Source: Parcubacteria group bacterium Athens0714_12
Lineage (GTDB): Bacteria; Patescibacteriota; Patescibacteriia; UBA2591; VMGY01
Reading direction: 5' to 3'
DNA length: 64,000 nucleotides
Assembly: GCA_007378955.1 (NCBI GenBank)
Contig: VMGY01000001.1
Coordinates: 38,804-102,803 of the forward strand
Shown: in pieces, positions 10,758 to 21,201 of the stretch
Position numbering within the stretch: position 1 is the first letter of the stretch
Layout of the letters: each line of letters begins with the position of its first letter
Made by a program: the position numbers and the translations under genes
Notes under the pieces: model-generated
Told to the model about the DNA's origin: nothing
Database searches by the model: none
The model's input: the letters and a program-made list of their open reading frames with translations, nothing else

Positions 10758-11348
10758 TTATAAGCTAAATTTGACAAATCTTTTCACTTGAATATTTTCA
10801 CCAAGCTTGGCAATCGCTTGTTTGATTAGTTCTTCAATCGTAATTTTGTCTTCTTTTATAAACGGCTGTTTTAATAAGCAAACTTCCTGATAATATTTTT
10901 GCAGTTTGCCCTGCATAATTTTATCAAGCATATTTTCCGGCTTGCCTTCCTTCAATAATTGCTCTTTGTAAATCTCTTTTTCTTTTTCTATCTCTTTAGC
11001 GGGGATATCTTCAAGGCTTAAATATTTAGGATTGGCCGCGACGACCTGCATTGCTAAATTATGAACCAATTTCTTAAATTCTTCATTTCGAGCGACAAAA
11101 TCCGTTTCGCAATTTACTTCTATTAAAGACGCTATTTTATTATTACTATGCATATAACTTCCAATCAATCCTTCTTTAACTGTTCGGCTTGATTTTTTTT
11201 CAACTATTTTTTGCCCTTGTTTTCTCAAAATTTCTATTGCTTTGTCAATGTCGCCGCCGGCTTGTTCTAAAGCATTTTTACAATCCAATATCGCAGCGCC
11301 TGTTTTTTCCCTAAGTTGTTTAATTGTTTCCGCGCTAATCATATTCAT
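10758..11348 (-). CDS. tsf: Elongation factor Ts (short form)
   Basis: LREKTGA, EVNCETDFVA; follows rpsB. Confidence 0.97.
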   Translation of the reverse strand: MNMISAETIKQLREKTGAAILDCKNALEQAGGDIDKAIEILRKQGQKIVEKKSSRTVKEGLIGSYMHSNNKIASLIEVNCETDFVARNEEFKKLVHNLAMQVVAANPKYLSLEDIPAKEIEKEKEIYKEQLLKEGKPENMLDKIMQGKLQKYYQEVCLLKQPFIKEDKITIEELIKQAIAKLGENIQVKRFVKFSL

Positions 11349-11378
11349 TATACTTAAAAATAAATTTTAAATTTTTAT

Positions 11379-11469
11379 TTCATTCTGATTGAGCGATTTC
11401 AAAGAATCCCATTTTTATCCCGCGGGTTCCTTCAGTCGTCTGCCAGCTGGCGGACTCCTTTAGGATGAC
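11379..11469. repeat. Degenerate REP-like palindromic element overlapping the rpsB stop
   Basis: TTCATTCTGA..GAATCCC / GGGTTC..TAGGATGAC arms with internal palindrome GTCTGCCAGCTGGCGGAC. Confidence 0.65.
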
Positions 11470-12167
11470 GCCTCAGGAGTCACTTTCCTTCCTTCTTCTA
11501 TCGCCTGCGCCACCAAGTTAGTAATCATCTCTACTGACTTTATGGCGTCGTCATTCGCCGGAATGGGATAAACAGCTTCTTCGGGATTGCAATTTGTATC
11601 CACAATGCCAATCGTGGGGAGTTTTAATTTTTTTGCTTCTCTAATCGCGGTCTTTTCATCCTTGGTGTCAAGCATAAAAATAGCTTCCGGAAGTTTGTCT
11701 AAATTTTTAATGCCTTTGATTACTTTATTTAATTTTTCTATTTCCGTATTAAATTTACTCTGTTCTTTTTTCGCGTACTTCGCGAATTCCCCTTTTTCTT
11801 TTTTATTTTCCAAATCTTTTAATTTTTTTATCAAACGGGAAATAACCGAGAAATTAGTCATTGTGCCTCCGATCCATTTTTCATTGATATAAGGCATATT
11901 GACTTTTTCGGCGTATTTTTTAGTAACTTCTTTAATCGTCTTTTTTGTCCCTAAAAATAAAATCACGCCGTTTTTTTCCATCACTTCTTTTACAAAATCC
12001 AAAGCTTCTTTTAATTTTTCCTGGGTTTTTTCCAAATTAATAAGATGCACCGTATTTTTAACGGTGTAAATATATGGCTCCATTTTTGGATGCCACTTGG
12101 AGGTGCGATGCCCGAAGTGGACGCCGGCCTTTATCATTTCTAATAAACTCGGTATTTTTATTGGCAT
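11460..12167 (-). CDS. rpsB: 30S ribosomal protein S2
   Basis: AGVHFGH, WIGGTMTN, PANDDA. Confidence 0.98.
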   Translation of the reverse strand: MPIKIPSLLEMIKAGVHFGHRTSKWHPKMEPYIYTVKNTVHLINLEKTQEKLKEALDFVKEVMEKNGVILFLGTKKTIKEVTKKYAEKVNMPYINEKWIGGTMTNFSVISRLIKKLKDLENKKEKGEFAKYAKKEQSKFNTEIEKLNKVIKGIKNLDKLPEAIFMLDTKDEKTAIREAKKLKLPTIGIVDTNCNPEEAVYPIPANDDAIKSVEMITNLVAQAIEEGRKVTPEASS

Positions 12168-12260
12168 ATTATTAAAATATTATGGCATTATGAAAACATT
12201 GTCAAGCTAAAATCGCGGCTGTAAAATAAAAAGAGCCGTTCTTTTTGTCAAATGAAATGA

Positions 12261-12289
12261 TTGACTTAAAAACGATTTTATACTAAGAT
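12261..12289 (+). promoter_or_regulatory. Sigma70-type promoter of rpmE
   Basis: TTGACT-N17-TAAGAT upstream of ATG 12320. Confidence 0.55.
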
Positions 12290-12319
12290 TGGAATTAGAA
12301 TTATTAAATTTTTAAAAAT

Positions 12320-12568
12320 ATGAAAAAAGACACGCACCCGACTTATTACCCTGACGCGAAAATTATCTGCGCTTGCGGCAACACTTTAACCACAGGAAGC
12401 ACGCTTAAAGAAATCCGCGTGGAAATTTGTTCCAAATGCCATCCTTTTTTTACGGGAAAACAAAAATTGGTTGACACGGCCAAGCGAGTGGACAGATTTA
12501 AAAAATTGATGGAAAAAAGGGAGGAAATCAGGAAGAAAGTAAAAGGCAAATCTCCAAAAAAATCCTAA
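12320..12568 (+). CDS. rpmE: 50S ribosomal protein L31 (Zn-binding type)
   Basis: [23 protein letters not shown]. Confidence 0.97.
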   Translation: MKKDTHPTYYPDAKIICACGNTLTTGSTLKEIRVEICSKCHPFFTGKQKLVDTAKRVDRFKKLMEKREEIRKKVKGKSPKKS

Positions 12569-12714
12569 ATTCGATCCTGAACTTGATTCAGGACTAAATC
12601 CCAAACAAATCCAAAATCCAAATAACCAAAATTCAAAACAAAAAACTATTTTTTGTCATTTGAATTTATAATTTAAAATTTATTTAGGGTTTAGATATTA
12701 GGATTTAGAATTTG
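12548..12714. repeat. Heptamer-built imperfect palindromic repeat with nested hairpin TCCTGAA-CTTGA-TTCAGGA (12575-12593)
   Basis: AAATCC(T/C/A)A-type units followed by complementary TTTAGGA/TTTGAAT units; a 44-nt arm matches the reverse complement at 54631 at 41/44 positions. Confidence 0.7.
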
Positions 12715-12725
12715 TTTATAATAAT

Positions 12726-13601
12726 ATGCCTGACATCAAAGAATTAGAAAAAAAAATAGAAGAACTGGGAAACGCATTCCAGGACCCTTCTATTTGCAGT
12801 AACCCGCAAAAAATCCAGCGGCTTTCCCAGGAATACAACAAAGCGAAAGAAGAATTAAAAAAACTCAAAGGAAGAGAAGATAAAAATGTGATCATAGAAA
12901 TCAGGGCCGGTGTCGGCGGCGACGAAGCGGAATTATTTGCCGCCGAACTTTTTAGAATGTATAACCGATACAGCCAAAATAAAAACTGGAAAATCCGGAT
13001 CATGAACAGCAATAAAACCCCTTTGGAAGGATTTAAGGAAATAACTTTTGAAATTTCCGGCTCTAAAGTCTACGACAATTTAAAATACGAATCCGGCGTT
13101 CATCGGGTGCAAAGAATTCCCGCCACGGAAAAAAATGGCAGAATCCACACTTCAACCGTCAGTGTGGCTGTATTGCCCGAAGCTTCTTCGGTGGATATTC
13201 AAATTGACCCGAAAGATTTAAGAGTTGACACTTTCTGCGCTTCCGGACACGGCGGCCAAAGCGTTAATACCACTTATTCAGCAGTCAGAATTACCCACTT
13301 GCCTACTAATCTAGTTGTCGGCTGCCAAGATGAAAGATCTCAAAGACAGAATAAGGATAAGGCGATGATTGTTTTAATGACAAAATTATTATCCTTGGAA
13401 GAAGAAAAAAAACAAAAAGAAGAAGCGCAAAAAAGAAAAGAACAAATCGGCACGGCCATGAGAGCGGAAAAAACAAGAACTTATAATTTTCCCCAGGACC
13501 GAATCACCGACCACCGAATACAACAAAGTTGGCACGGCATAGAACAAATTATGGAAGGAAATTTAGACCCGATTATAGAAAAATTAAAAAATACAAATTA
13601 A
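12726..13601 (+). CDS. prfA: Peptide chain release factor 1 (shortened N-terminal domain)
   Basis: HRVQRIPAT (PxT), GGQ, RTYNFPQDR. Confidence 0.95.
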   Translation: MPDIKELEKKIEELGNAFQDPSICSNPQKIQRLSQEYNKAKEELKKLKGREDKNVIIEIRAGVGGDEAELFAAELFRMYNRYSQNKNWKIRIMNSNKTPLEGFKEITFEISGSKVYDNLKYESGVHRVQRIPATEKNGRIHTSTVSVAVLPEASSVDIQIDPKDLRVDTFCASGHGGQSVNTTYSAVRITHLPTNLVVGCQDERSQRQNKDKAMIVLMTKLLSLEEEKKQKEEAQKRKEQIGTAMRAEKTRTYNFPQDRITDHRIQQSWHGIEQIMEGNLDPIIEKLKNTN

Positions 13602-13649
13602 TAAATAAAAAAAGGATTCGCGCTGATGCAAATCCTTTTTTTATTTATT
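13600..13649. terminator. Bidirectional intrinsic terminator
   Basis: AATAAATAAAAAAAGGATT-N12-AATCCTTTTTTTATTTATT between convergent genes. Confidence 0.7.
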
Positions 13650-14711
13650 TTAATAACTGATAATTTTTTCATCAGGCGCCACCTCAACCCAAGTTATCCC
13701 TCGGTTAAACTTGATTTCCCGGCCATTTTCATCAAAAAAATTAGTCCTGTCGCCTTTTCTGAATTTTTGCCAAGTTCCTTTAATTACTCCTCCATCCTGA
13801 AAAATAAAAGCATTCCCCTCTCCGATAATTTTTATTTCCTTTCTCCCTTCTTTGTCAAGAATTGTTGTTTTTGCCGTTTGAACAATAATATTTTTTGCCC
13901 TGATTTGTTTTTCATCTTCTTCTAAATATATCTTATTCTCTTGTTCCCGCAGATAATCATTTTTTTCCGCGTCATATTTCCATTTTACTTGATATTCAGG
14001 ATAAGAATATTCAATCGCCAAATCTTTGCCTTTTATAGGGCGATTTTCTGGATTCAAATCTTCTTTGAATTGCCAAGAGCTTAATTCCGACGGCTTGGCT
14101 CCTTTTTCTTTTAACGCTCTTTGAAAAAGATCGGATGAAGTATAAACATTAAAAGGAGCTTTTTTTGTTTTTAAGCGCCAAAAATATTGCGCGTTAAAAA
14201 ATTGGTCTAAATTATACAAGCTGTATTCTTTATTTTTAAGCGATTCAAGCGCCGCCGGACTTCCGCCGACATGCATAAATAAAGACCCGTACTCTTCCGA
14301 TAAATCCAAAAAATAAGGTCTGGCGCTTCTGACAGGCCCGATTTTTATTACTTCTTTATCAGGCGTGTAAAAAGCCAAAAAACGAGTGATTCCCGCTTCA
14401 GTTAAAAATTCATAAACCAAATTTGCTTCGCTTAAACCGCTTAAAGGCCTGGATTCCGTAAAATTATCTATCACGATTCCTATCAAGTAAGGATTTACTT
14501 CTTCCTTATTTTCCACTTCTACGCCGTCCAAAGAGCGATAAAATTTATCTTCTTTTTTTTCAATTTCGGCAGATTGGATTAGATGATTATCGCCAAAGCC
14601 AACAGCTGTTTCTTTGTTTCTAAAAATAAAATAGCCGCTAAAAAAGGCTATTGAAACTAAAATCAAAAAAACCGGAATTAAAAATAAATATTTATTCTTT
14701 GATGAGCGCAT
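13650..14711 (-). CDS. DUF3048 family membrane-anchored protein
   Basis: GLSEANLVYE..EAGITRF, IGPVRSAR, HVGGSP, GITWVE. Confidence 0.88.
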   Translation of the reverse strand: MRSSKNKYLFLIPVFLILVSIAFFSGYFIFRNKETAVGFGDNHLIQSAEIEKKEDKFYRSLDGVEVENKEEVNPYLIGIVIDNFTESRPLSGLSEANLVYEFLTEAGITRFLAFYTPDKEVIKIGPVRSARPYFLDLSEEYGSLFMHVGGSPAALESLKNKEYSLYNLDQFFNAQYFWRLKTKKAPFNVYTSSDLFQRALKEKGAKPSELSSWQFKEDLNPENRPIKGKDLAIEYSYPEYQVKWKYDAEKNDYLREQENKIYLEEDEKQIRAKNIIVQTAKTTILDKEGRKEIKIIGEGNAFIFQDGGVIKGTWQKFRKGDRTNFFDENGREIKFNRGITWVEVAPDEKIISY

Positions 14712-14810
14712 TTTTAATTAATCTAATCGAGTTCCAATAATTAAATAGTTGGTAATCAAAAGATTAAGCTGATTATTGAAACTTAAAATTTATTAAGAAA
14801 TTAGTATGTT

Positions 14811-15470
14811 TTATTTCTTGTCTTTTTTAGTTGGTTCGGCTTCTTTCTTTTCTTCTGTTTTTTCTTCAGTTGCTTCCGCTTTTACCTCTTCAACAACTTC
14901 TGCTTCTACTTTTACTTCCTCCGCTCTTGGCGGAAGAACCAAGACCACGGTTTCGTCTTCTTTTTCCAAAACTTTGATTTTTTCCGGAATAGCAAGATCT
15001 TTCACCTTGATTGAATCTTCAAAAGTATTTAATTTGGAAATGTCCACTTTAATATTATGGATTAAATTTTCAGGCAAGCATTCTATCTTTATTTTATTTA
15101 AATTTTTAACTAAAACGCCTTTTAATTCTTTAACCGCTTTTGATTCTCCGACAAATTCTAACTCCACTTCCACATTAACCTTTTCGCCTTTTTTAATCTG
15201 ATAAAAATCAATATGATTTAAGACATTGGAAAGATAATCTTTTTTAATGTCATAAATTAAAGCTTTGACGGATTCCTTATCATCTATCTTTAAATCAATT
15301 ATGGTGTTTTCTCCGGCTTCTTCGTAAATTTTTTTGAAATCTAAAAAATTAACCTGTAAAATTTTAGGCTCTACCTTATGGCCATAAAGAACAGCGGGGA
15401 TAATATTTTTTTTCCTTAATGTTTTTACGTTTTTTCCTTTGATGATTCTTGCCGCGGCATTTAATTCCAT
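14811..15470 (-). CDS. rplY: 50S ribosomal protein L25/CTC
   Basis: LRKKNIIPAVLYG, HIDFYQI, C-terminal CTC domain with acidic tail. Confidence 0.95.
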   Translation of the reverse strand: MELNAAARIIKGKNVKTLRKKNIIPAVLYGHKVEPKILQVNFLDFKKIYEEAGENTIIDLKIDDKESVKALIYDIKKDYLSNVLNHIDFYQIKKGEKVNVEVELEFVGESKAVKELKGVLVKNLNKIKIECLPENLIHNIKVDISKLNTFEDSIKVKDLAIPEKIKVLEKEDETVVLVLPPRAEEVKVEAEVVEEVKAEATEEKTEEKKEAEPTKKDKK

Positions 15471-15529
15471 AAATAAAATTATTAATTTTTAAACTGAAGA
15501 TAACATCACTTTTTAATTATATATAAAAA

Positions 15530-16648
15530 TCAAAAATTGTCAACGCTGGCGGTTTTATGCAAGAGAATGCTCTCTAAAATGCCGAACATTATTAAAGTGG
15601 TAATTAAAGAGCTTCCGCCGTAACTCAATAACGGCAAAGGAATGCCGACAATAGGGACCATGCCCATATTCATACCGATATTGATGACTATCTGAATTAT
15701 AAAAATGGAAGCAAATCCTAAAATTAAAATCAAAGCAAAATCATCATAAGCCGACTTAGTCAAAACCATCAAGCGGTAAAACAAAATTAAATAAAAAATT
15801 AAAACCAAGGAAACGCCCGCCAAGCCCATTTCTTCGGCGATAACGCTAAAAACAAAATCCGTTTTGGTTTGGGGCAAAAAACGAAGCTGGCTTTGCGGCC
15901 CCAAGCCCAATCCTCGGCCGAAAAGTTTTCCCGAGCCGACGGCGATAATAGATTGGGTAATTTGATATCCCCGGCCAAAAGGGTCTTCTTGCGGATTCAG
16001 ATAAGTTAAAATTCTTCCTTTTTGATAATCTTTTAATAAAAAATTCCAGGTGGACAAAAAAATCAGCGCGGCTAAAATTAAAATCCAAATAAGATGCTTG
16101 ATTTTGCGGTCAATGGCTAATAAAATCAAAAACCAAGTTGCTAATAAAATAGAAGCCGAGCCGAAGTCCGGCTGTAAAAGCACTAAGATAAAAGGCGGCA
16201 GAACCAAAAGTCCGCTTAAAATTATTTCCTTGAAATAAATTCCATTTTTAATTTTAGCGCTCCAAAATTTAGCCAGAGATATGACTAAAATTATTTTAGC
16301 CAACTCCACCGCTTGAAAATTGAAAGGCCCGAGAGCCAGCCAGCCCTTTGTCCCCCTTAAAGTGATGCCTATAAATAATATTAAAACTAAAATAATTAAA
16401 AGAATAAAATATAAAAGATGGGAATGCGCCTTGAAATTGCGGTAATCAATAAAACTCAATAAAAAAAATAAAGCTATTCCTAAAATAGCGAAAATAAGCT
16501 GGTGGTTAAAGGAAGTGAAATCATTCTGCTCCAGCCCCAAGCAAAGAGTGTATTGGATGGCCAAGCTGATGGAAATTAAAATAAAAACAATAAGGAATAA
16601 AGACCAGTCAAAAGATTTAAAAAAAGAAAAATATTTTTTCAAAAACAT
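15530..16648 (-). CDS. rodA: SEDS peptidoglycan glycosyltransferase RodA/FtsW
   Basis: FQAVELAK, LQPDFG, GYQITQSIIAVGSG, LSYGGSS. Confidence 0.9.
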   Translation of the reverse strand: MFLKKYFSFFKSFDWSLFLIVFILISISLAIQYTLCLGLEQNDFTSFNHQLIFAILGIALFFLLSFIDYRNFKAHSHLLYFILLIILVLILFIGITLRGTKGWLALGPFNFQAVELAKIILVISLAKFWSAKIKNGIYFKEIILSGLLVLPPFILVLLQPDFGSASILLATWFLILLAIDRKIKHLIWILILAALIFLSTWNFLLKDYQKGRILTYLNPQEDPFGRGYQITQSIIAVGSGKLFGRGLGLGPQSQLRFLPQTKTDFVFSVIAEEMGLAGVSLVLIFYLILFYRLMVLTKSAYDDFALILILGFASIFIIQIVINIGMNMGMVPIVGIPLPLLSYGGSSLITTLIMFGILESILLHKTASVDNF

Positions 16649-16666
16649 AAAGCGCTCCTTATCTGT

Positions 16667-17485
16667 TTATTCCGCCTTGATCGGCATAAAATTATTCTCG
16701 TCTAAAATATTTACTTCCGGTTCTATAATTGCTCGGGTAAAGTAAGGGAAGTCGCCCTGAAAAGGAATTTCAATCAATCTCTCTTGGCCGGATAAAAATT
16801 TATTGGCTGGAATTTTATTAACCGCCGAAACTTTATCGCCTTGATAAAGAATGCTCTTGAAATAAACCGTCCAAAAATTATAAGCTGAATTATTTTTAAC
16901 TTGAAAAGAGATTCTTTTCAAGGACGGGTTGGAAGAAATATCTTTAACCGCGAAATCCGAAGATTTAAAATCAGGAATTTTATTTTTGGCAGTTATTCTT
17001 TTCCACCCGACTTCTAAAAATTCCAAATTTAAACCTTTCGGTTCAATATCGCTTTTTATGTTTAAAACTAAAAGAAATTTTTTTTCTTGGGCTAAAATAA
17101 AAGTTGACTGCCCTGCCTCCCTGCCCTCCCAAAAAAATCTATAATCCAAACGAGAAACCGCCCACTTGTTATTAGGGTTGTTTATTTGGGCGACTAAATC
17201 GTATCTTGAATTTCCCAATGGAATGAAAGAAATATCAGAAATCTCCAAAGGCAAAAAATCATTTTTTGAATGAATGGCTTGCCAATCAATAAAATTTTGC
17301 CCTATTTCTTCCATAGACTGCTGGAACTTGACTGTTTCTTGGGCATAACGAAACCACTTATAAATATTTATCCCCCACAAAAAAACGCTTAAAATTATTA
17401 AAAATAAAACCCAAGCCATTTTTAAGCGCTGTTTATTGGCGATTAGCCAATAATTTATCTTTAATTGTGTTTTTGATATATTCAT
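16667..17485 (-). CDS. Membrane-anchored hypothetical protein with two beta-rich domains
   Basis: 272-aa ORF, single TM; TGnTATAAT 6 nt before the ATG. Confidence 0.7.
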   Translation of the reverse strand: MNISKTQLKINYWLIANKQRLKMAWVLFLIILSVFLWGINIYKWFRYAQETVKFQQSMEEIGQNFIDWQAIHSKNDFLPLEISDISFIPLGNSRYDLVAQINNPNNKWAVSRLDYRFFWEGREAGQSTFILAQEKKFLLVLNIKSDIEPKGLNLEFLEVGWKRITAKNKIPDFKSSDFAVKDISSNPSLKRISFQVKNNSAYNFWTVYFKSILYQGDKVSAVNKIPANKFLSGQERLIEIPFQGDFPYFTRAIIEPEVNILDENNFMPIKAE

Positions 17486-17581
17486 AATTTTATTATATCA
17501 CATTTTTATTGTTTGTTAATTATTGTTGTGGTATACTATTATTATATTAACAAAGGTCTTTTTAAAATAATTTAAATTATT

Positions 17582-17869
17582 ATGCTCCAAACATCTCAAG
17601 ATTTGCTCTTTATCGTAATCGCCATCTCCGTCTTATGGCTTACTGTCTTTCTATCCATCATTCTTTACTATTTTTTTGTTATTGTCAGGCAGAGCTCTAA
17701 AATTATAAAAGAATGGGGGAATAGATTTAAAAAAATTGATGAAATTATTAATTTAATCAAAGAAAAAATCGGCCACCCTGCCGCTTCATTCGTAATGCTG
17801 GCTGAAGGAATTAAACAGATAATAAATTTTTTGAAAATCAAACGGCAAACGAAGAAAAAGAGCAAATGA
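17582..17869 (+). CDS. Small membrane protein
   Basis: One TM plus amphipathic helix, upstream of dnaE. Confidence 0.7.
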   Translation: MLQTSQDLLFIVIAISVLWLTVFLSIILYYFFVIVRQSSKIIKEWGNRFKKIDEIINLIKEKIGHPAASFVMLAEGIKQIINFLKIKRQTKKKSK

Positions 17870-17928
17870 ATTTCTATTGAATGGATTTTTATTAGACATT
17901 AAAAATTTGGCATTAGACATTTTTATAT

Positions 17929-20900
17929 ATGTTCACTCATCTCCATGTTCACTCCCATTATAGCCTGCTTGACGGCCTGGCAAAAATAGACGGGCTGATC
18001 GCCAAAGCGAAAGAATATAAAATGAACGCTTTGGCGCTGACTGACCATGGCGTTATGTACGGAGCGATAGAATTTTATAAAAAATGCAAAGCCGAAGGAA
18101 TCAAACCGATTATCGGCGTGGAGGCATATTTAGCCCGGCATAGCAGGCTGCAAAAAAGAGCCAGGATAGATGAAAAACCATTTCATCTTCTTTTATTGGC
18201 AAAAAACATTAAAGGCTACCAAAATTTGCTTAAATTAACCAGCATCGCTCACTTGGAGGGATTTTATTACAAACCAAGAGTTGATTGGGAAATTTTAGAA
18301 AAACATTCTTCGGGATTAATCGCTTTAACCGCCTGCATTCAAGGAGAAATTCCCCAGCTTATTTTAGAAAATAAATTAGAAAAAGCGGAAGAAGCCATAA
18401 TCAAATATCAAAATATTTTTGGAAAAGAAAATTTCTACTTGGAAGTAATGGATTTAAAAGAGCAAAATAAAATCAATCAAGCTCTTTTTGATTTAGGAAA
18501 AAAATTAAATGTGCCCGTCGCCGCGACCAATGATGTCCATTATTTAAATCCTGAAGATGATGAAGTGCAAGATATTTTACTTTGTTTGCAGACAAAAAGG
18601 AAAAAAAATGAAAAAAATCGGCTTTGCATGCTGGGTGATAATTTTTCTTTTAAAAGCCCTGAAATAATGGAGGAGGCATTTAAAAATCATTTGGAAGCAA
18701 TAGAAAATACCCAGAAAATAGCGGATCAATGCGATTTAGAGATAGAATTGGGTAAAATAAAACTGCCTTACTTTGAAGTGCCTAACTCTAAAGCGCCTGA
18801 TGAATATTTAAAAGATTTGTGCGAAGAAGGCGTTAAAAAAATTTACGGCCAAAAAAATAAACAAATTGAGGAACGTCTTGACCATGAATTAAAAACAATA
18901 GAAAAAACCGGCTTTGCTCCTTATTTTTTAATTGTCCAGGATTTTGTCAATTGGGCAAAGGAACGCGAAATCGTGGTCGGCCCGGGCAGAGGAAGCGCCG
19001 GCGGCAGTTTAGTTTCTTATCTGCTGAATATCACTGAAATCGACCCCTTAAAATACGATTTGCTGTTTGAAAGATTTTTGACTGATTCAAGATTTTCTCC
19101 GCCAGATATTGATTTGGATTTCGCCGACACAAGGAGAAATGAAGTCATAAAATACGTGGAAGAAAAATATGGCAAAGATCATGTCTGCCAAATAATCACT
19201 TTCGGAACAATGGCGGCGCGCGCCGGTGTCAGGGATGTCGCCAGAGTACTTGATTATCCTTATGCTCTTGGCGATAAAATTTCTAAACTAATTCCGCCTT
19301 TCGCAAAATTAGACGAAGCATTAAACACTGTTTCCGAACTTAAAGAAATGTACCAAAACGACCCTGACGTTAAAAAAACTATCGACGCGGCAAAAAAATT
19401 AGAAGGGGTGGTGAGGCACGCTTCCACCCATGCTTGCGGCGTGGTAATTACCAGAGAGCCCTTGGACCATTATCTTCCTTTACAATACGCGTCTTCGTCC
19501 GACCGAACCGTTGTTTCCCAGTATGATATGAAATTAGTGGAAGCCATCGGGCTTTTAAAAATGGATTTTCTGGGCTTAAAAAATTTAACCTTAATTGAAC
19601 AAGCGACAAAAATTATTGAAAAAACAAGAGATGTTAAAATTGATTTTGAAAAAATACCCTCTGATGATAAAAAAACTTTTAAATTATTAAGAGAAGCGAA
19701 AACCACGGGCGTATTTCAATTAGAATCAGCGGGAATGAAGCGCTATCTGAAACAACTAAAACCAACTGAATTTGAAGATATTATCGCGATGGTGGCGCTT
19801 TTCAGGCCGGGACCAATGGAATTTATTCCTCAATATATCGCGGGCAAGCATGACGTTATCAAGCCGAGTTATATCCACCCAAAATTAAAACCAATTTTAG
19901 AAAAAACTTACGGAATAATAATTTATCAGGAACAATTAATGCAAATCGCCCAGCATTTAGCCGGTTTCAGTTTGGTTGAAGCTGATGTTTTAAGAAAAGC
20001 CGTGGGCAAAAAAATAAAGGAACTCTTATTGAAGCAAGAAAAAAAATTAATAGACGGAATGATAAAAAACGGCATCAAAAAAGAAGTGGCGGAAAAAATC
20101 TGGAGCTGGATTTTACCTTTTGCCAGTTATGGCTTTCCCAAAGCTCATGCTACTGCTTACGCCACTATCGCCTACCAGACCGCTTACCTTAAAGCCCATT
20201 ATCCCGAAGAATTTATGGCCGCTCTCTTAACATCAGACCAAAATGATATGGACAGAATAGCGATTGAAGTAGATGAATGCAAACAAATAGGTATTAAAGT
20301 CCTGCCGCCTGATATTAATGAAAGTTTTGAAAATTTCACTGTTGTCCAGCAAAAAGAAACAGACGGCAAACCGCTAATCCGCTTTGGATTGAAGGCGATA
20401 AAAAATATCGGCTCGGGAATCGTCAATGCCATTATTGACGAAAGAAAAGAAAACGGCTTTTATCAAAGCTTGGAAGATTTTTTAAAAAGAGTTAAAAATA
20501 AAGACTTGAATAAAAAATCTTTAGATGGCTTGGCAAAAGCGGGCGCCTTGGATAAATTCGGTGAAAGAAACCAAATATTAGAAAATATAGACAAGTTATT
20601 GAATTTCATTAAACAAATAAATAAGGAAAGAAATAACGGGCAGGTAAATTTATTTAATAATATCCCCGCTCATAACGGAACTTCTTTAAAATTGGATTAC
20701 GCGCCGCCGATAGACACTAAGCAAAAATTAGCTTGGGAAAAAGAATTTATCGGCTTGTATATTTCCGACCATCCTTTAAGGGAATTTATGCCTTATTTGG
20801 AAAAATTTATCACTCCTTGCGATAAAATTTATGAATCTTTTAATAAAGGATTGCGGGAAATTAAAATTCTTGGCGTGATTACTAAAATTAAAAAATTCTT

Positions 20901-21147
20901 CACCAAAAAAAACGAACCAATGCTTTTTGTAAAATTAGAAGATAGTTCAGGCAGTGTGGAAGTAATTGTCTTTCCTTCAAACTTAAAAAATGAAACTGAT
21001 GTCTGGCAGGAAGAAAAAATTATTCTGCTCAAAGGAAAACTCTCAAAAAAAGAAAATGAAATGAAAATTTTAAGCGACAAGGCGATGGAAATGAACCAAG
21101 AAAATTTGGCCAAAATAACAATAAAATCGCGAGCTTGCGCTCATTAA
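17929..21147 (+). CDS. dnaE: DNA polymerase III alpha subunit
   Basis: PHP domain FTHLHVHSHYSLLDG, GPGRGSA, PDIDLDF, KMDFLGL, C-terminal OB fold. Confidence 0.98.
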   Translation: MFTHLHVHSHYSLLDGLAKIDGLIAKAKEYKMNALALTDHGVMYGAIEFYKKCKAEGIKPIIGVEAYLARHSRLQKRARIDEKPFHLLLLAKNIKGYQNLLKLTSIAHLEGFYYKPRVDWEILEKHSSGLIALTACIQGEIPQLILENKLEKAEEAIIKYQNIFGKENFYLEVMDLKEQNKINQALFDLGKKLNVPVAATNDVHYLNPEDDEVQDILLCLQTKRKKNEKNRLCMLGDNFSFKSPEIMEEAFKNHLEAIENTQKIADQCDLEIELGKIKLPYFEVPNSKAPDEYLKDLCEEGVKKIYGQKNKQIEERLDHELKTIEKTGFAPYFLIVQDFVNWAKEREIVVGPGRGSAGGSLVSYLLNITEIDPLKYDLLFERFLTDSRFSPPDIDLDFADTRRNEVIKYVEEKYGKDHVCQIITFGTMAARAGVRDVARVLDYPYALGDKISKLIPPFAKLDEALNTVSELKEMYQNDPDVKKTIDAAKKLEGVVRHASTHACGVVITREPLDHYLPLQYASSSDRTVVSQYDMKLVEAIGLLKMDFLGLKNLTLIEQATKIIEKTRDVKIDFEKIPSDDKKTFKLLREAKTTGVFQLESAGMKRYLKQLKPTEFEDIIAMVALFRPGPMEFIPQYIAGKHDVIKPSYIHPKLKPILEKTYGIIIYQEQLMQIAQHLAGFSLVEADVLRKAVGKKIKELLLKQEKKLIDGMIKNGIKKEVAEKIWSWILPFASYGFPKAHATAYATIAYQTAYLKAHYPEEFMAALLTSDQNDMDRIAIEVDECKQIGIKVLPPDINESFENFTVVQQKETDGKPLIRFGLKAIKNIGSGIVNAIIDERKENGFYQSLEDFLKRVKNKDLNKKSLDGLAKAGALDKFGERNQILENIDKLLNFIKQINKERNNGQVNLFNNIPAHNGTSLKLDYAPPIDTKQKLAWEKEFIGLYISDHPLREFMPYLEKFITPCDKIYESFNKGLREIKILGVITKIKKFFTKKNEPMLFVKLEDSSGSVEVIVFPSNLKNETDVWQEEKIILLKGKLSKKENEMKILSDKAMEMNQENLAKITIKSRACAH

Positions 21148-21201
21148 TAAGCCAAAACTTTTGCCAAAATAATATTTAACGGCGGATTTAATATAAAACC
21201 C

